Shown here: one piece after another, positions 39,789 to 49,966 of the stretch | Position numbering within the stretch: position 1 is the first letter of the stretch | Layout of the letters: each line of letters opens with the position of its first letter | Assembly (NCBI GenBank): GCA_963663895.2 | Contig: CAXXRD010000005.1 | Location: forward strand, 64,001-128,000 | DNA from: Dehalococcoidia bacterium | GTDB taxonomy: Bacteria; Chloroflexota; Dehalococcoidia; Bin125 | Direction of reading: 5' to 3' | Length of the DNA: 64,000 nucleotides | Position numbers and translations under genes: made by a program | Notes under the pieces: generated by a model | What the model was told of the DNA's origin: nothing | Databases searched by the model: none | Seen by the model: the letters and a program-made list of their open reading frames with translations, nothing else

Positions 39789-40693
39789 TCATGGCTTCCA
39801 GAGCTTCGGCTGGGATTTGGGCGGGCTTTGGGGCCGCGGCTGCGCTTGCTGCGCCGCCGGCGCGCCTGGGCGGGCGGGTGCGGTGGTGCCCGGGTTGGTT
39901 GTGGGCCGGATCAGGCCGACGTGAAAGAGGAGATCGGGAACGGCCATGCTGCGACAGGTGAAGGCGGGCGTGTCTCGCTCCGTGTAGGAGGATGATTCCG
40001 AGTCGCGGAGTTCGCGGACAAGGGCGAGGAACTCGCCCGGGTCGTTGCCCTCGAAGGCGACAACGAACTCTTGGTCGTCGAGGCCGAAGGAGTAGGTCGT
40101 GTTGATGAGGATGTCGTGGTACTTGTGGCCGATTGCGATGTGCCTCGCTCATAATGCGCTGCCGCTCATCCAGCGGCAGCGTGTACCACTTGCGTGTTTT
40201 AACCATCGGGTAGACGAAGAGGTAATCGGCGCGGCCTCCATCCTCGCGCAGCGTCTCGCGCCCGGCGGTTTCGGGGTGAAGAGGGTTCTGATACTGCGAG
40301 CGCATGGTCATGGAGAGATAGGAGTAGGGACGCTCGAGGGCAGCGCCGAGCGGCGAGTTTACGAGGGCGGCGTGCCAATCCATGATCAGCCGGAGATCGT
40401 CCGAGACTTGCCAGATCAGGAAGTCCGTGTCGGCGCGCGTGCCGATGGTCGAGTAGGTGCGGGTGAGCATGCGCTCTCCGGATTTCTCCAGGGAGCGTTT
40501 TGAGGATCCTGCCGAGCTGATTACGGGCCTCGTCCGGGGCGCCGCGGACGGAGTCGCGCAGCCGGAAGAATCCGAACTTGACGAACTGTTTGCCGCGGGC
40601 CGGATTGTCGCTTCGAGTGTGGGCGGCGCGGGCCGACGGATCCGCTGCGTCGGATTGGCTCGGAGCCTCTGGCGGCTGCGCTTCTGGGGTCAT
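39789..40693 (-). CDS. Chlorite dismutase / coproheme decarboxylase (HemQ-like) family, frameshifted near 40490 and 40145
   Basis: YSTIGTRADTDFLIW, YLFVYPMVKTRKWY.LP, EH..IGHKY, NTTYSFGLDDQEFVVAFE. Confidence 0.8.
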
Positions 40694-41712
40694 CGGGCGC
40701 TGGCGGCTTTGGGCTGAGCGGCTTCGACTTCCCGCGGGAGGCCGTAGTTTGATGCAAAGAGCTCCTCAATGCGGGACGCTTCCTCGTCGCTGATGTCGGG
40801 GCAGTCCGACGCGGCGGCGAATTCCTCGATCTGGTCGAGGCCGTAGATATTGGGGAGCGCGCTCACGACCTCGGGCGTCCGCAGAACGTAGCGCAAGGCC
40901 GCTTGGCCCAGCGTGCGCCGGCCGTCCTGCTTGAGAAACTCCAACTGATCGATCTTCTTCAGCCCGTTGACGAGCCAGGAGCGCGGGCGGTGACTGCGAT
41001 GATCGTTGGGGCCGAAGGTGGTGTCCTTGGTGTACTTCCCCTCGAGCATTCCGGAGGAGTGCGGAACGCGCACGAGGAGCGAGCGGCCGTTGTGGCGAGC
41101 GGCGGCGAGCAAGGCGCGCCCGGGATCAAGCTCCAAGGCGTTGTAGATCATCTGGACGGTGTGCGCCGGACGCTGGGAGAGGGAATAGCGGCCCTCGTCC
41201 AGCCAGCCGATCGCGGGGCCGAGCGCGACGCCGATGGATCGGACCTTGCCCTCGCGCTGGACGCGGTCCAGGAAGTTCCACACGTCGTCGCGTTCGAGAT
41301 GCTCCATGCGGGCGTTGTGTAGCTGCCAATGGTCGATGCGGTCCGTATTCAGGCGCCCAAGGGCGTTGTCCAGGGAGCGCTGGAGGAAGTCCGGATCGAG
41401 GCGGTGGGGCGGCTCGGTGTGGCCGGTCCGGCGCTCCTTGGCGGATTCCCAGTCGTAGCCGAACTTGGTGGCGATGACGACGCCGTCACGGGCGGCGCCG
41501 GGAAACGCCTTGGCGAGCAAGGTCTCGCCGCGGCCGAAGCCGTACGTCGCGGCGGTGTCGAAGAACGTGATGCCGCGATCGCGGGCTTGGCGGAGGAGGG
41601 CGACGGCCTCGTCGTCGGAGTAGTCGCCCCACCAGCCGGCGGCGAGCGTCCAAACGCCAAAGCCGATCTCGGAGACCTGGATGTTGGTGCCGGCGATGGT
41701 GCGGTAGCGCAT
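40690..41712 (-). CDS. Aldo/keto reductase
   Basis: VSEIGFG, GITFFDTA..YG.G..E, IATKFG, RLNTDRID..QLHN. Confidence 0.92.
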   Translation of the reverse strand: MRYRTIAGTNIQVSEIGFGVWTLAAGWWGDYSDDEAVALLRQARDRGITFFDTAATYGFGRGETLLAKAFPGAARDGVVIATKFGYDWESAKERRTGHTEPPHRLDPDFLQRSLDNALGRLNTDRIDHWQLHNARMEHLERDDVWNFLDRVQREGKVRSIGVALGPAIGWLDEGRYSLSQRPAHTVQMIYNALELDPGRALLAAARHNGRSLLVRVPHSSGMLEGKYTKDTTFGPNDHRSHRPRSWLVNGLKKIDQLEFLKQDGRRTLGQAALRYVLRTPEVVSALPNIYGLDQIEEFAAASDCPDISDEEASRIEELFASNYGLPREVEAAQPKAASAR

Positions 41713-41722
41713 CAGGTGCCGC

Positions 41723-42896
41723 CTAGTCGCCGCCGGCGGCGACGGGGGCCGCGGTGCGGGAGAGTTCCTTGAGACGCGGGTAAACTTCCTCGGCGAAGAG
41801 TTTCATGCCCCCCACCGTTTCCTCGTGCTCCAAGAAGCCTGCTTGGCCCATCATGAGCAGGTGCCCGAAGCCGCCGACGTGGTCGTAGAGCTTCTTGATC
41901 TGGTTGAAGACCGTGTCCGGATTGCCGGCGAAGAGGATCCCCTTCGCGATCTGCTCCTCGACCGAGGTACGGCCGAAGTGCGCCTGCGGGCCGGCCAGGC
42001 TGTTGGCGCGCAGCGCTTTGACGTTGGCTTCGACGGAGGAGTAGCCGGGCGGGTTGGCGAAGTGCGGCGGGACCTTGTTGGCTTCGAGATACCAGAGCAC
42101 CTTGCGGGCGCCCTCGTAGCCGAGCTCGTCCGTTTCTCCGGTGTGAATGAGGGCGGCGTAGGCGAAGCGGTCGAGGCCGAGTTGTGGCAGGCCGATCGCA
42201 CCGCGGCGGGCGCGGTAGGTGGCGTAGATCTCCTTGGTGACGTCGAAGCCGGTGAGGAAGCTCGCGGCGATGTAGCCGCGCTCGGCGATCTTGGGGGCGC
42301 TCTTGGGATTGAGCGTGGTGATCCAGACCGGCGGTGGGGTTGCTGGTAGGGGCGGGGCCAGATGTTGACCTGGCGATGGTGGTAGTACTTGCCCTCGAAA
42401 TTGAAGGGGCCGTCGTGCGTCGTGAGCGCCTTCATGATCAGGTCGTGCGCCTCCCAGAAGCGCTCCTGCATGCGCGTGGGATTGATGTGCCGGCCGAGAT
42501 CTCATAGGGGACGCCGCGCACGAAGCCGAGTTCGAGGCGCCCGCGGGAGATCACGTCGATCATCGCCATCTCTTCCGCGACGCGGACGGGCTGGTTGCGG
42601 TTGGCGATCGGGTTGCCCAAGATCAGGAGCCGCGCCGTCTTGGTTTCACGTGCCAGGATGCCCATGACGATGGGCACCGCCGGGTCGACGCAGGTCGCGG
42701 TTTGGTGATGCTCGTTCGCCATGATCTCGATGCCGAGCTCTTCGGCGATGAGCCACTCGTCGATGTAGCGGTGGTAGAGGTCGGCGCCGATCTTGGGGTC
42801 GTAGTACTTGTTGGGGAGCGTGACGCGGATCGAGTCGAAGGTGCTCTCATCGGGGAGATAGGGGTAGGCGTTCTCGCTGAAGTGCCAGGCTTGCAT
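41723..42896 (-). CDS. LLM-class flavin-dependent monooxygenase, frameshifted near 42490 and 42340
   Basis: AEELG...NEHH, PVRVAEEMAMIDVISRGRLELGFVRG; RFWEAHDLI...WPRPYQQPH; MKLFAEEVYP. Confidence 0.85.
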
Positions 42897-42904
42897 GTGA
42901 TCAC

Positions 42905-43687
42905 CTATCCGGCGAAGCCGCGCACGAGGTTGACGAAGCGCTCGGGTTGCTCAAGGTAAGGGCGGTGCCCGGCCTCCGGGATGGTCTCCAAGCGGGCGCC
43001 GGGGATGGCGGCGGCGAAGGCTTCCACGTACGCGCGTCCGACGAGCCCGTCGCTCTCGCCCCAGAGTAGCAGCGCGGGGACATCGACTCGATGGAGGCGC
43101 CCCTTGAGCTTGGGATTGTGCATGTAGGGTTCCCAGGTGTAGAGGGCCAGCGCCTCGCGGTTGCGGGCGACGATGGCCAGCTGCTCGTCCGACATCTTCT
43201 CCAGCTGGGGGAGCCACGCCTCGGGATCGTGGTAGAGCCGGCGCGTGACCTCGTCCCAGGGCATGGCGAAGACGTCGGGGATGTCGCGGGTCCAGCGGTC
43301 GCCCACCTTGATCCCCACCGGGTCGACCAAGATGAGGTGGGAGAAGTCGCGGGTGTCGCGGACGGCGATCTCGGCCGCGATCCAGCCGCCCATGGAATAG
43401 CCCATCACGACGGCGTCCGGTCGCGCCAGATCACGCAGGAAGTCGAGGTAGAGGTAGGCCAGGTCGTCGATCGTGTTGATCGCCTCCGGGCCGGGGGAGC
43501 CTCCGAAGCCGGGATGGGAGGGCGCGATGACCTCGAAGTGCTGGGCCAGAGCGTCGAGGTAGGGCGCGTGCTCCATGCCGCCGCCGCCGTGCAGGATGAG
43601 CAGGGGACGGCCCTCGCCGAGGCGCAGCGCCTCCAACGCCAGCTCCCCGATGACGAGACGGCCGTGTTGCCTGGGGTCTTCGCTCAC
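42905..43687 (-). CDS. Alpha/beta hydrolase
   Basis: LHGGGG, PGFGGS, nucleophile elbow GYSMGG, WGESD, GHRPYLEQP. Confidence 0.9.
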   Translation of the reverse strand: MSEDPRQHGRLVIGELALEALRLGEGRPLLILHGGGGMEHAPYLDALAQHFEVIAPSHPGFGGSPGPEAINTIDDLAYLYLDFLRDLARPDAVVMGYSMGGWIAAEIAVRDTRDFSHLILVDPVGIKVGDRWTRDIPDVFAMPWDEVTRRLYHDPEAWLPQLEKMSDEQLAIVARNREALALYTWEPYMHNPKLKGRLHRVDVPALLLWGESDGLVGRAYVEAFAAAIPGARLETIPEAGHRPYLEQPERFVNLVRGFAG

Positions 43688-43854
43688 GCTGCTCGATCCT
43701 CCCTGCGGGCCGGCACGTTCCTGGTTAGACGGGGCGCAACCGTGTGATTTTACAGGCTGGTGCGTTTGGTGCGCCTCCCGGCGGCTGGCCGGGGAGGTAG
43801 CGCGTCGCGTAGCATCGGAAGCCGTTACAACGAACTTTTGCGGAAGAGGCGGCC

Positions 43855-44688
43855 ATGCGACTGGTGACCTTGCGGCGCGAGGATGGGACGACGCGGGCGG
43901 GCCGGGTCGAGGACGGGGAGATCGTCGAGCTTCCCTTCGAAGACGTGGGGGCCTTGCTCTCGCACCACCCGGAATGGGAGCGGGTGGCGGCGGAGGAGCG
44001 CGGTCCGACGCACGACCTGGCGACGGCCGGCTTGGCCCAACCGATCCTCTTCCCGCCCAAGATCATCGGGGTGGGGCTGAACTACGTCAGTCACATCCAG
44101 GAGATGGGCAACGAGCCGCCCAAGCACCCGATCCTCTTCGCTAAGTACGCCCGCGCGCTGATCGGGCCGCGTGACCCCATCCTGCTGCCGCGGGTGTCGG
44201 ACAAGGTGGACTGGGAGGTGGAGCTGGCGATCGTGATCGGGCAGGAGGCGCGGCACGTCCAGCCCCACGAGGTGACGCGCGTCGTGGCCGGCTACTCGAT
44301 CATCAACGACGTCTCGGTGCGGGACTGGCAGGTGCGGACGGGACAGTTCCTCTCGGGCAAGACGTTCGAGCGCTCGACGCCGCTGGGGCCGGCGCTCGTG
44401 ACGCACGGCGAGCTGCTCTACCCGGGCGAGCTGGATGTGCAGTGCGAGGTGGACGGGGAGGTGGTGCAGCAGGGGAACACCTCCGACCTGCTCTTCGGGA
44501 TCGTGGAGTTGGTCTGCTATCTCAGCCAGATCTTCACGCTCGACCCCGGAGACGTGATCGCAACGGGCACGCCCAGCGGGGTGGGAGCGGGACGCAAGCC
44601 GCCCGTCTTCCTCAAGCCGGGGCAGGTGGTGCGGACGAGCATCGAGGGACTGGGGGAGCTGGTGAATCCCTGCGTCGCCGAGGAGTAG
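43855..44688 (+). CDS. Fumarylacetoacetate hydrolase family protein
   Basis: KIIGVGLNY..H, DWEVELA, NDVSVRDWQ, GK, GDVIATGTPSGVG. Confidence 0.93.
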   Translation: MRLVTLRREDGTTRAGRVEDGEIVELPFEDVGALLSHHPEWERVAAEERGPTHDLATAGLAQPILFPPKIIGVGLNYVSHIQEMGNEPPKHPILFAKYARALIGPRDPILLPRVSDKVDWEVELAIVIGQEARHVQPHEVTRVVAGYSIINDVSVRDWQVRTGQFLSGKTFERSTPLGPALVTHGELLYPGELDVQCEVDGEVVQQGNTSDLLFGIVELVCYLSQIFTLDPGDVIATGTPSGVGAGRKPPVFLKPGQVVRTSIEGLGELVNPCVAEE

Positions 44689-44698
44689 CCGTCTTATT

Positions 44699-44773
44699 GC
44701 GGGGGTAGCTCAGGGGTAGAGCTCCTGCCTTCCAAGCAGGAGGCCGCGGGTTCGAATCCCGTCCCCCGCTCCA
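44699..44773 (+). tRNA. tRNA-Gly(TCC)
   Basis: Acceptor stem GCGGGGG/CCCCCGC, anticodon loop CTTCCAA, GGTTCGAATCC, encoded CCA. Confidence 0.97.
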
Positions 44774-44904
44774 TGCTTTTCGTGGCCGCTTTGGCATGCA
44801 CCGACTAGCGATGCGCTGGCGTCGCCCTTGATTCCGTCTACGGCGGCTTGCGCTGCACCCTTGCGAGTGGTGCGGCTCCAGAACAGGCCGCGTGCTGCAG
44901 GATG

Positions 44905-45426
44905 CTACTCCCCGGCGGCGGCCAGCTTGCCGCGGCCGGCGTAGGTCGAGCGGCCGATGGCGGTCGCGATCTGGGCCGTGTGCTGGAGGTCGTGGAAGGC
45001 GAAGTGAGAGAGCACGTTGAGCACGCTGAGCGGGCCCAAGGCGCTGTGCCGGCCCGTTCGCCCGAGCTGATCGTCGCGGAGATTGCGGAAGACGGCCAGC
45101 GTGTGCGTCCGCTCGTCGGCGAAGGCCGCTAGCAAGCCGGACAGGCTCAGTCCGCGGCTGCGCAGCGCCTCGAGCACGGCGGGTCCGTCGACGTTGACGA
45201 TCTCGGCATCGTCGCTGTCGAGGATCGTTTGGATGCGGGCGCGCAGGGCGGGCTCCTCGGCGGAGACGAGATGGCCCAGCACGTCGACGGCGGCCCAGCC
45301 GCCGTCCTCGCCGGGGGCCTGCGCCAGCTCGGGCGGGAGCGCGCCCAGCAGGGCCTGCAGGGCGTCGGGGGTGGCTTCCAGGATCGCGATCGCCTGATCG
45401 GCGGCGGTGCGTTCTACGGTCGACAT
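44905..45426 (-). CDS. DinB family protein
   Basis: W...DVLGHL...E, R..TL, HDLQHTAQI. Confidence 0.8.
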   Translation of the reverse strand: MSTVERTAADQAIAILEATPDALQALLGALPPELAQAPGEDGGWAAVDVLGHLVSAEEPALRARIQTILDSDDAEIVNVDGPAVLEALRSRGLSLSGLLAAFADERTHTLAVFRNLRDDQLGRTGRHSALGPLSVLNVLSHFAFHDLQHTAQIATAIGRSTYAGRGKLAAAGE

Positions 45427-45449
45427 GGGTCCCTGCTCCCCGCTCTCTC

Positions 45450-45986
45450 CTAGCTCTGCGCGGCGCCGCGATACTGCGCCCGCTGCGCGTCCTGGATCTG
45501 CTCGATCTGCTCGTAGCGGCGGCCGTAGATCTGGGGCGGGTCCCAGCTGTTGAGACCGGCGTAGGTGTCGATCTGGCTGCGATGGTGGATGTCGTGCTCG
45601 GTCATCATCATCAGTACGCGCCAGCCGCGCACGGTGCTGTCCGTATCGACGAGCGGCACCCGGCGCTGCAGCCAGTCGGCCGGGGTGTCCTGCAGGGCCT
45701 CGCGGAAGGCCTCCTCGCTGCGTTCGAGGGCGGAGATCCACTGCTCGCGGGAGCTAACGTCGGGGAACTCGGGGAAGATCCAGCCCTCCGCGCGGTAGGC
45801 GCTGGCGAAGAACCCCCGCGAGGCCGCGACGTGGGCCACGATCTCGTTCACGCTCCACGCGTTCTCGCCCTCCCCGGCGGGAGGCTTCCATCCGTCGGCC
45901 TGGGGCGGCAGGGCGGCGACGTCGCGCATGGTGCGTTTGTTGATGGAGCTGAAATAGCGCAGGAAGTCTTCAATGCTGCTGAGCAT
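45450..45986 (-). CDS. DinB family protein
   Basis: WSVNEIVAH, EHDIHHRSQI. Confidence 0.85.
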   Translation of the reverse strand: MLSSIEDFLRYFSSINKRTMRDVAALPPQADGWKPPAGEGENAWSVNEIVAHVAASRGFFASAYRAEGWIFPEFPDVSSREQWISALERSEEAFREALQDTPADWLQRRVPLVDTDSTVRGWRVLMMMTEHDIHHRSQIDTYAGLNSWDPPQIYGRRYEQIEQIQDAQRAQYRGAAQS

Positions 45987-46096
45987 GAGCCGTCTCCTTT
46001 GAGCGTGAGCGGCCTCTACGCTAGCAGTCTTGCGGGGTGCGTCGCGGGATCTGCTCGCGAGATCAATGGGGGATCAACGAGGAAGCGAGGCGGGAC

Positions 46097-46465
46097 GTGA
46101 TCGGAAACATCAAGACCGTGGCGATCTACGTGGCCGACCAGGAGGTGGCCGAGCGCTTCTACACGGAGCAGCTGGGATTCGAAGTGCGCCGCCGCCAGGC
46201 GATGGGGGCCGATGCCTCCTGGCTGGAGATGGCGCCGCCCGGCGGGGAGAGCCGGGTGGTGCTGTACCCGCGATCGCTCATGAAGGACTGGGCGGAGCGG
46301 AAGCCCTCGATCGTGTTCGGCTGCGAGGACGTTGCGGCGGAGCACCGGACCCTGAGCGAGCGCGGCGTCGTCTTCACGCAAGAGCCGGCGCCGATGCCCT
46401 GGGGCACGTTCGCGGCGTTCCGCGATCCAGACGGTAACGAGTTCTTGCTGGCCGAGGGACGCTAG
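46097..46465 (+). CDS. VOC/glyoxalase family protein
   Basis: IYVADQEVAERFYTEQLGF, PWG..A.FRDPDGN. Confidence 0.9.
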   Translation: MIGNIKTVAIYVADQEVAERFYTEQLGFEVRRRQAMGADASWLEMAPPGGESRVVLYPRSLMKDWAERKPSIVFGCEDVAAEHRTLSERGVVFTQEPAPMPWGTFAAFRDPDGNEFLLAEGR

Positions 46466-46479
46466 CGCATCGCTTCCAC

Positions 46480-47361
46480 CTACCGCGTGTCGTCGGCGGC
46501 GAGCTTGGCGGCGAGCTCGGCGTACTCGTCCAGGAGAGGCAGCACGGTTGCGGCGGGGGCGGGCGGGACGCCGAGGACCAGCCGTTGGAAGCCGAGGCCG
46601 ATGAGGTCGCGGGCGTGCTCCTCGCGCGCGGCGGGGTCCGCCTTGGGCCAGGGGTTGAACGCGGTGAGGGAGATCGAGTCCATCGTTCGGCCGAAGTTGG
46701 CGGCGGTTTTCTCGAGCTCCGGTATGGCGCGGGTGAGGTCGCTGCGCCCGGGCAGCGGCATCCAGCCGTCGCAGTACTCAGCGATGCGGCCGTAGGCCCA
46801 CTTGGTCGCGTTGGAGCCGAGGAGGATGGGCGGCCCGCCCGGCTGGACCGGCTTCGGCCACGACCAGACCGGACCAAAGTCCACGAAGCGGCCGTGATAC
46901 TCGGCCGCGTCCTGGGTCCAGAGCGCCCGCATGGCTTGGACGTGCTCGCGCACCACCAGCCAGCGGTCCTGGAACGCGACCCCGTGGTTGGCGAGCTCCT
47001 CGGCGTTCCAGCCGGCGCCGATCCCGAAGATGAAGCGTCCGCCGGAGATCTGGTCGAGCGAGGCGACCGCTTTGGCGGTCGCGATCGGATCGCGCTGCGC
47101 GATCAAGCAGACGCCGGTCGCGAGCTTGATCCGGGAGGTCACGGCGGCCGCGGCGGTGAGGGCGACGAAAGGGTCGTGCAGGCGGGAGTATTCGCGAGGC
47201 AGCTCTCCGCCGCCGGGGAAGGGCGTTTCGCGGCTGCTGGGGATGTGCGTGTGCTCCGGCAAGAAGAGCGACTCGAAGCCGCGCTCCTCGACGGCCCTGG
47301 CAAGGTCCGGCGGCTGAATCGCTTCGTCAGTGGCGAACATCATGATGCCGATATCGGTCAT
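46480..47361 (-). CDS. LLM-class F420-dependent oxidoreductase (Rv2161c-like)
   Basis: EERGFESLFLPEHTHIP, DPFVAL, SLDQISGGRF.FGIGAGW, PKPVQ. Confidence 0.9.
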   Translation of the reverse strand: MTDIGIMMFATDEAIQPPDLARAVEERGFESLFLPEHTHIPSSRETPFPGGGELPREYSRLHDPFVALTAAAAVTSRIKLATGVCLIAQRDPIATAKAVASLDQISGGRFIFGIGAGWNAEELANHGVAFQDRWLVVREHVQAMRALWTQDAAEYHGRFVDFGPVWSWPKPVQPGGPPILLGSNATKWAYGRIAEYCDGWMPLPGRSDLTRAIPELEKTAANFGRTMDSISLTAFNPWPKADPAAREEHARDLIGLGFQRLVLGVPPAPAATVLPLLDEYAELAAKLAADDTR

Positions 47362-47401
47362 GGTTTCCTCCGTGGTTGGTGGATTGCTGGGCGGGATGCT
47401 G

Positions 47402-47752
47402 TTACAGCAACTGGAAGGCGTCGCTGTAGATCGTGGGATTGAAAGGAGCGATCGCCTCCCGCACTTGCGGGGAAGGGTCGCCCAGGACATCGATCGTGAC
47501 GTCCGAGCACAGCGAGACCAAGCGCTCCAGCAGCACGCCCATGTTGCTCATGTGCGCCATGAGTGCCTCGGAGTTGGAGTAGGTCTCCTGGATTTTGGCG
47601 CGCGCGCCGTCCGGGCTCAGGAACCAGTCGTAGCGCGAAGTGCCGGGGTCTCTCTCTCGGACGGCGGCCAGCAGCTGTCCCGCCGTGGCTTTGAAGGCGT
47701 CCGTTTTGCCCGATGCGATCGTGCACGATACGACTATTCGCAGCTCATCCAT
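47402..47752 (-). CDS. ABM-like (antibiotic biosynthesis monooxygenase) barrel protein
   Basis: DPGTSRYDWF, ETYSNSEALMAH, VLGDPS. Confidence 0.7.
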   Translation of the reverse strand: MDELRIVVSCTIASGKTDAFKATAGQLLAAVRERDPGTSRYDWFLSPDGARAKIQETYSNSEALMAHMSNMGVLLERLVSLCSDVTIDVLGDPSPQVREAIAPFNPTIYSDAFQLL

Positions 47753-47885
47753 GGTTGTACTTCCTCGCTGTGCGGGAGGATGGATCCGCGAGCGGCATTG
47801 TAGACCCCGCCACGCGCGGAACAGAGGGTGGGGAGGGCTTAGAAGTAACTGGCGATTAAGGCAGCTTGGCCGATGTCCGCAGTAG

Positions 47886-48968
47886 CTACTGCAACGGAAG
47901 CGGGGACTGCCACCAGCTGGGGCGCCCGCTGAGCTCGATGCGTTCGACCCACTTCACCCAGTTGTAGCCGCGGCGCCCCGGCGCGATCAGGCGCAGCGGG
48001 TAGCCGTGAGCGCTCGAGAGCGGCTCGATCTCGCCGTCGATCGTGGTGACGTGGGTGGCGAGCAGGAGACGCCCGGCATGGTCGAGGGCGAAGCGGCGGT
48101 GAAAGCCCGTGACGGATCGGAAAATGATGCTCCGGGCTTCGGGCGTGGGGGATGTCCGGCGAAGGAGATCGGCGACGGGGAGGCCGTGCCAGACCTGCTC
48201 GGTATACCAGCCGCCGGTGCAGTCGAGAACGGCCTGGCCCTGGGCGCGGGCAGCGGCGACGAGTTCCTCGTAGGTGATGGCGAGCGGCGCGGCGACGGCG
48301 CCGTCGACGCGGAGGCGCCAGTCGGCCGGATCGATGCGCTGGCGTGAGTCGCTCAGCCAGTTGGTGACGGGGTGATCGTTGCCGGCGAAGCTGTGCTCCT
48401 CGCGCGAGCCGGTGAAGCGCCGGCCGGCGCCGGAGAGGGAAGCGAGCGACGTGCCGGTTTCGGTCCCGCGCCAGACGACCAAGGCCGTTGCCACGACGGC
48501 GGTCCCGCGCAGCGCGGTGCGGCGGCTGACGAAGTCGGAGGGGCGCGTGCGCGGCCAGCGCAGCAGCGCGTGGATCAGGAAGGGTGGGAGCAGCGCCAGC
48601 GACAGGATGACGTGCAGCGTGAGACCGCTGACGCGCCCGTAGAAGGGCAACGTGATCATGGGCAGCCCGACCGTCGCCCAGGCGATGCCGGTTGCGAGGG
48701 CGCCGAGGAAGACGAGCGTGAGGAGGGCCGGCAGGAGCGACCAGAGACCGGCGCCGCGGCGCGCGAACGATCGTGCGACGATGCGCCACTTCCACAGGAG
48801 CAACACGACGAGGGTGAAGCCGCCGAGGCTGTGCAGCCAGAATACCCACCGGCTGGCCGGTTGGCCTGTGACAAAGCCGCCGATGCCGCTGGCGGTTTCC
48901 AGTAGCAGCAGGGTAAGAATTGCGAGGTTGGTCGCGCGGGCGCTCACCGGTGCTCCAGCCGTCTGCAT
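47886..48968 (-). CDS. Membrane-bound sulfite oxidase-family molybdopterin oxidoreductase
   Basis: N-terminal TMs; WRLRVDGAV, LDCTGGWY, HGYPLRLIAPGRRGYNWVKW. Confidence 0.85.
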   Translation of the reverse strand: MQTAGAPVSARATNLAILTLLLLETASGIGGFVTGQPASRWVFWLHSLGGFTLVVLLLWKWRIVARSFARRGAGLWSLLPALLTLVFLGALATGIAWATVGLPMITLPFYGRVSGLTLHVILSLALLPPFLIHALLRWPRTRPSDFVSRRTALRGTAVVATALVVWRGTETGTSLASLSGAGRRFTGSREEHSFAGNDHPVTNWLSDSRQRIDPADWRLRVDGAVAAPLAITYEELVAAARAQGQAVLDCTGGWYTEQVWHGLPVADLLRRTSPTPEARSIIFRSVTGFHRRFALDHAGRLLLATHVTTIDGEIEPLSSAHGYPLRLIAPGRRGYNWVKWVERIELSGRPSWWQSPLPLQ

Positions 48969-49160
48969 GGTAGGGGTTCAGGCGGGCTGTGAGGGTGCGA
49001 TCGGGCTGCGCCGCTTGAGAGATCGAGAACGCATGATCCGAGAGATAATCCGGGCTCCGGCTTCGCTGTGCGCGGCCGGAAGCTCTTGCTATGCGGAGCG
49101 AGGCATGCTCGAATCAGCGGATAGCGCGACGGGTTTCGCCGCCGCGACAGGAGGAGCGCA

Positions 49161-49766
49161 ATGATAGAGAAGATCCGAAGGCATCGCGCGATGCAGATCT
49201 CGCGTCGTCGGATGTTGGTGCTATCGATCGGGTTGGTCGTCGGAGTGATGGGGCTCGCGCTCGTGGGGTGCGGCGGAAGTGACGACGGCGACGGCGCAGC
49301 TGCCCCGAGCGCAGCGGCGAGTCAACAACCGTCGGCGCCGAGCGACTCGCCGCCCGAACCGACAGAGATTCCGGCCACGCCCGAGCTGGAACCGGCCGGC
49401 CCGATCGGCTCCGCCTCCACCGTGGTCAACGTGACACAGAACAGTGACTTCTCGCTCACGCTGGATCAGGATTCGGTCCCGTCCGGAGAGGTGACGTTCA
49501 TCATTCAGAATGACCACGCACTGGCCCACGAGTTCGTGGTGATGCGGAGCGATCTCGAAGTGTTCGACCTGAAGCTGCGGGAGTTCACCATCGACCCGAC
49601 GCAGCCGGGGGTCGAGTTCATCGGAGAGCTGACCCAGGCGGAGAACCCGCCGGGCGAAGTGGCCACCCTGACCGTGTCGCTGGCGCCCGGGCGGCACCTC
49701 GTGAGCTGCCTCGCCGACTCGCATTACCAGCAGTTCCACGAGATCGCGGAGCTTCAGGTCAACTAA
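49161..49766 (+). CDS. Cupredoxin (auracyanin/sulfocyanin-like) lipoprotein
   Basis: Lipobox LVGC, Pro/Ser linker, VPSGEVTF...N...HEFVV, LAPGRH.V.C...H. Confidence 0.7.
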   Translation: MIEKIRRHRAMQISRRRMLVLSIGLVVGVMGLALVGCGGSDDGDGAAAPSAAASQQPSAPSDSPPEPTEIPATPELEPAGPIGSASTVVNVTQNSDFSLTLDQDSVPSGEVTFIIQNDHALAHEFVVMRSDLEVFDLKLREFTIDPTQPGVEFIGELTQAENPPGEVATLTVSLAPGRHLVSCLADSHYQQFHEIAELQVN

Positions 49767-49966
49767 CCCCGAGGTTGCAGCGTCGCTGCGGCGTGCAGTC
49801 TCCATGCTCCCCGCCACGATCCGCTTCATGCGATCGAGGCCGTACTGTGGCTTGCTCCGCTCGCGTGCTTAGCCGTTCGGATCGTTGACAATGCCGCTTG
49901 TTGGCTGGGGAAACCGCTGCCGCTTAAGACGTACGGGTACGCTGCATCCGTCTCTCACGCAGTAGG

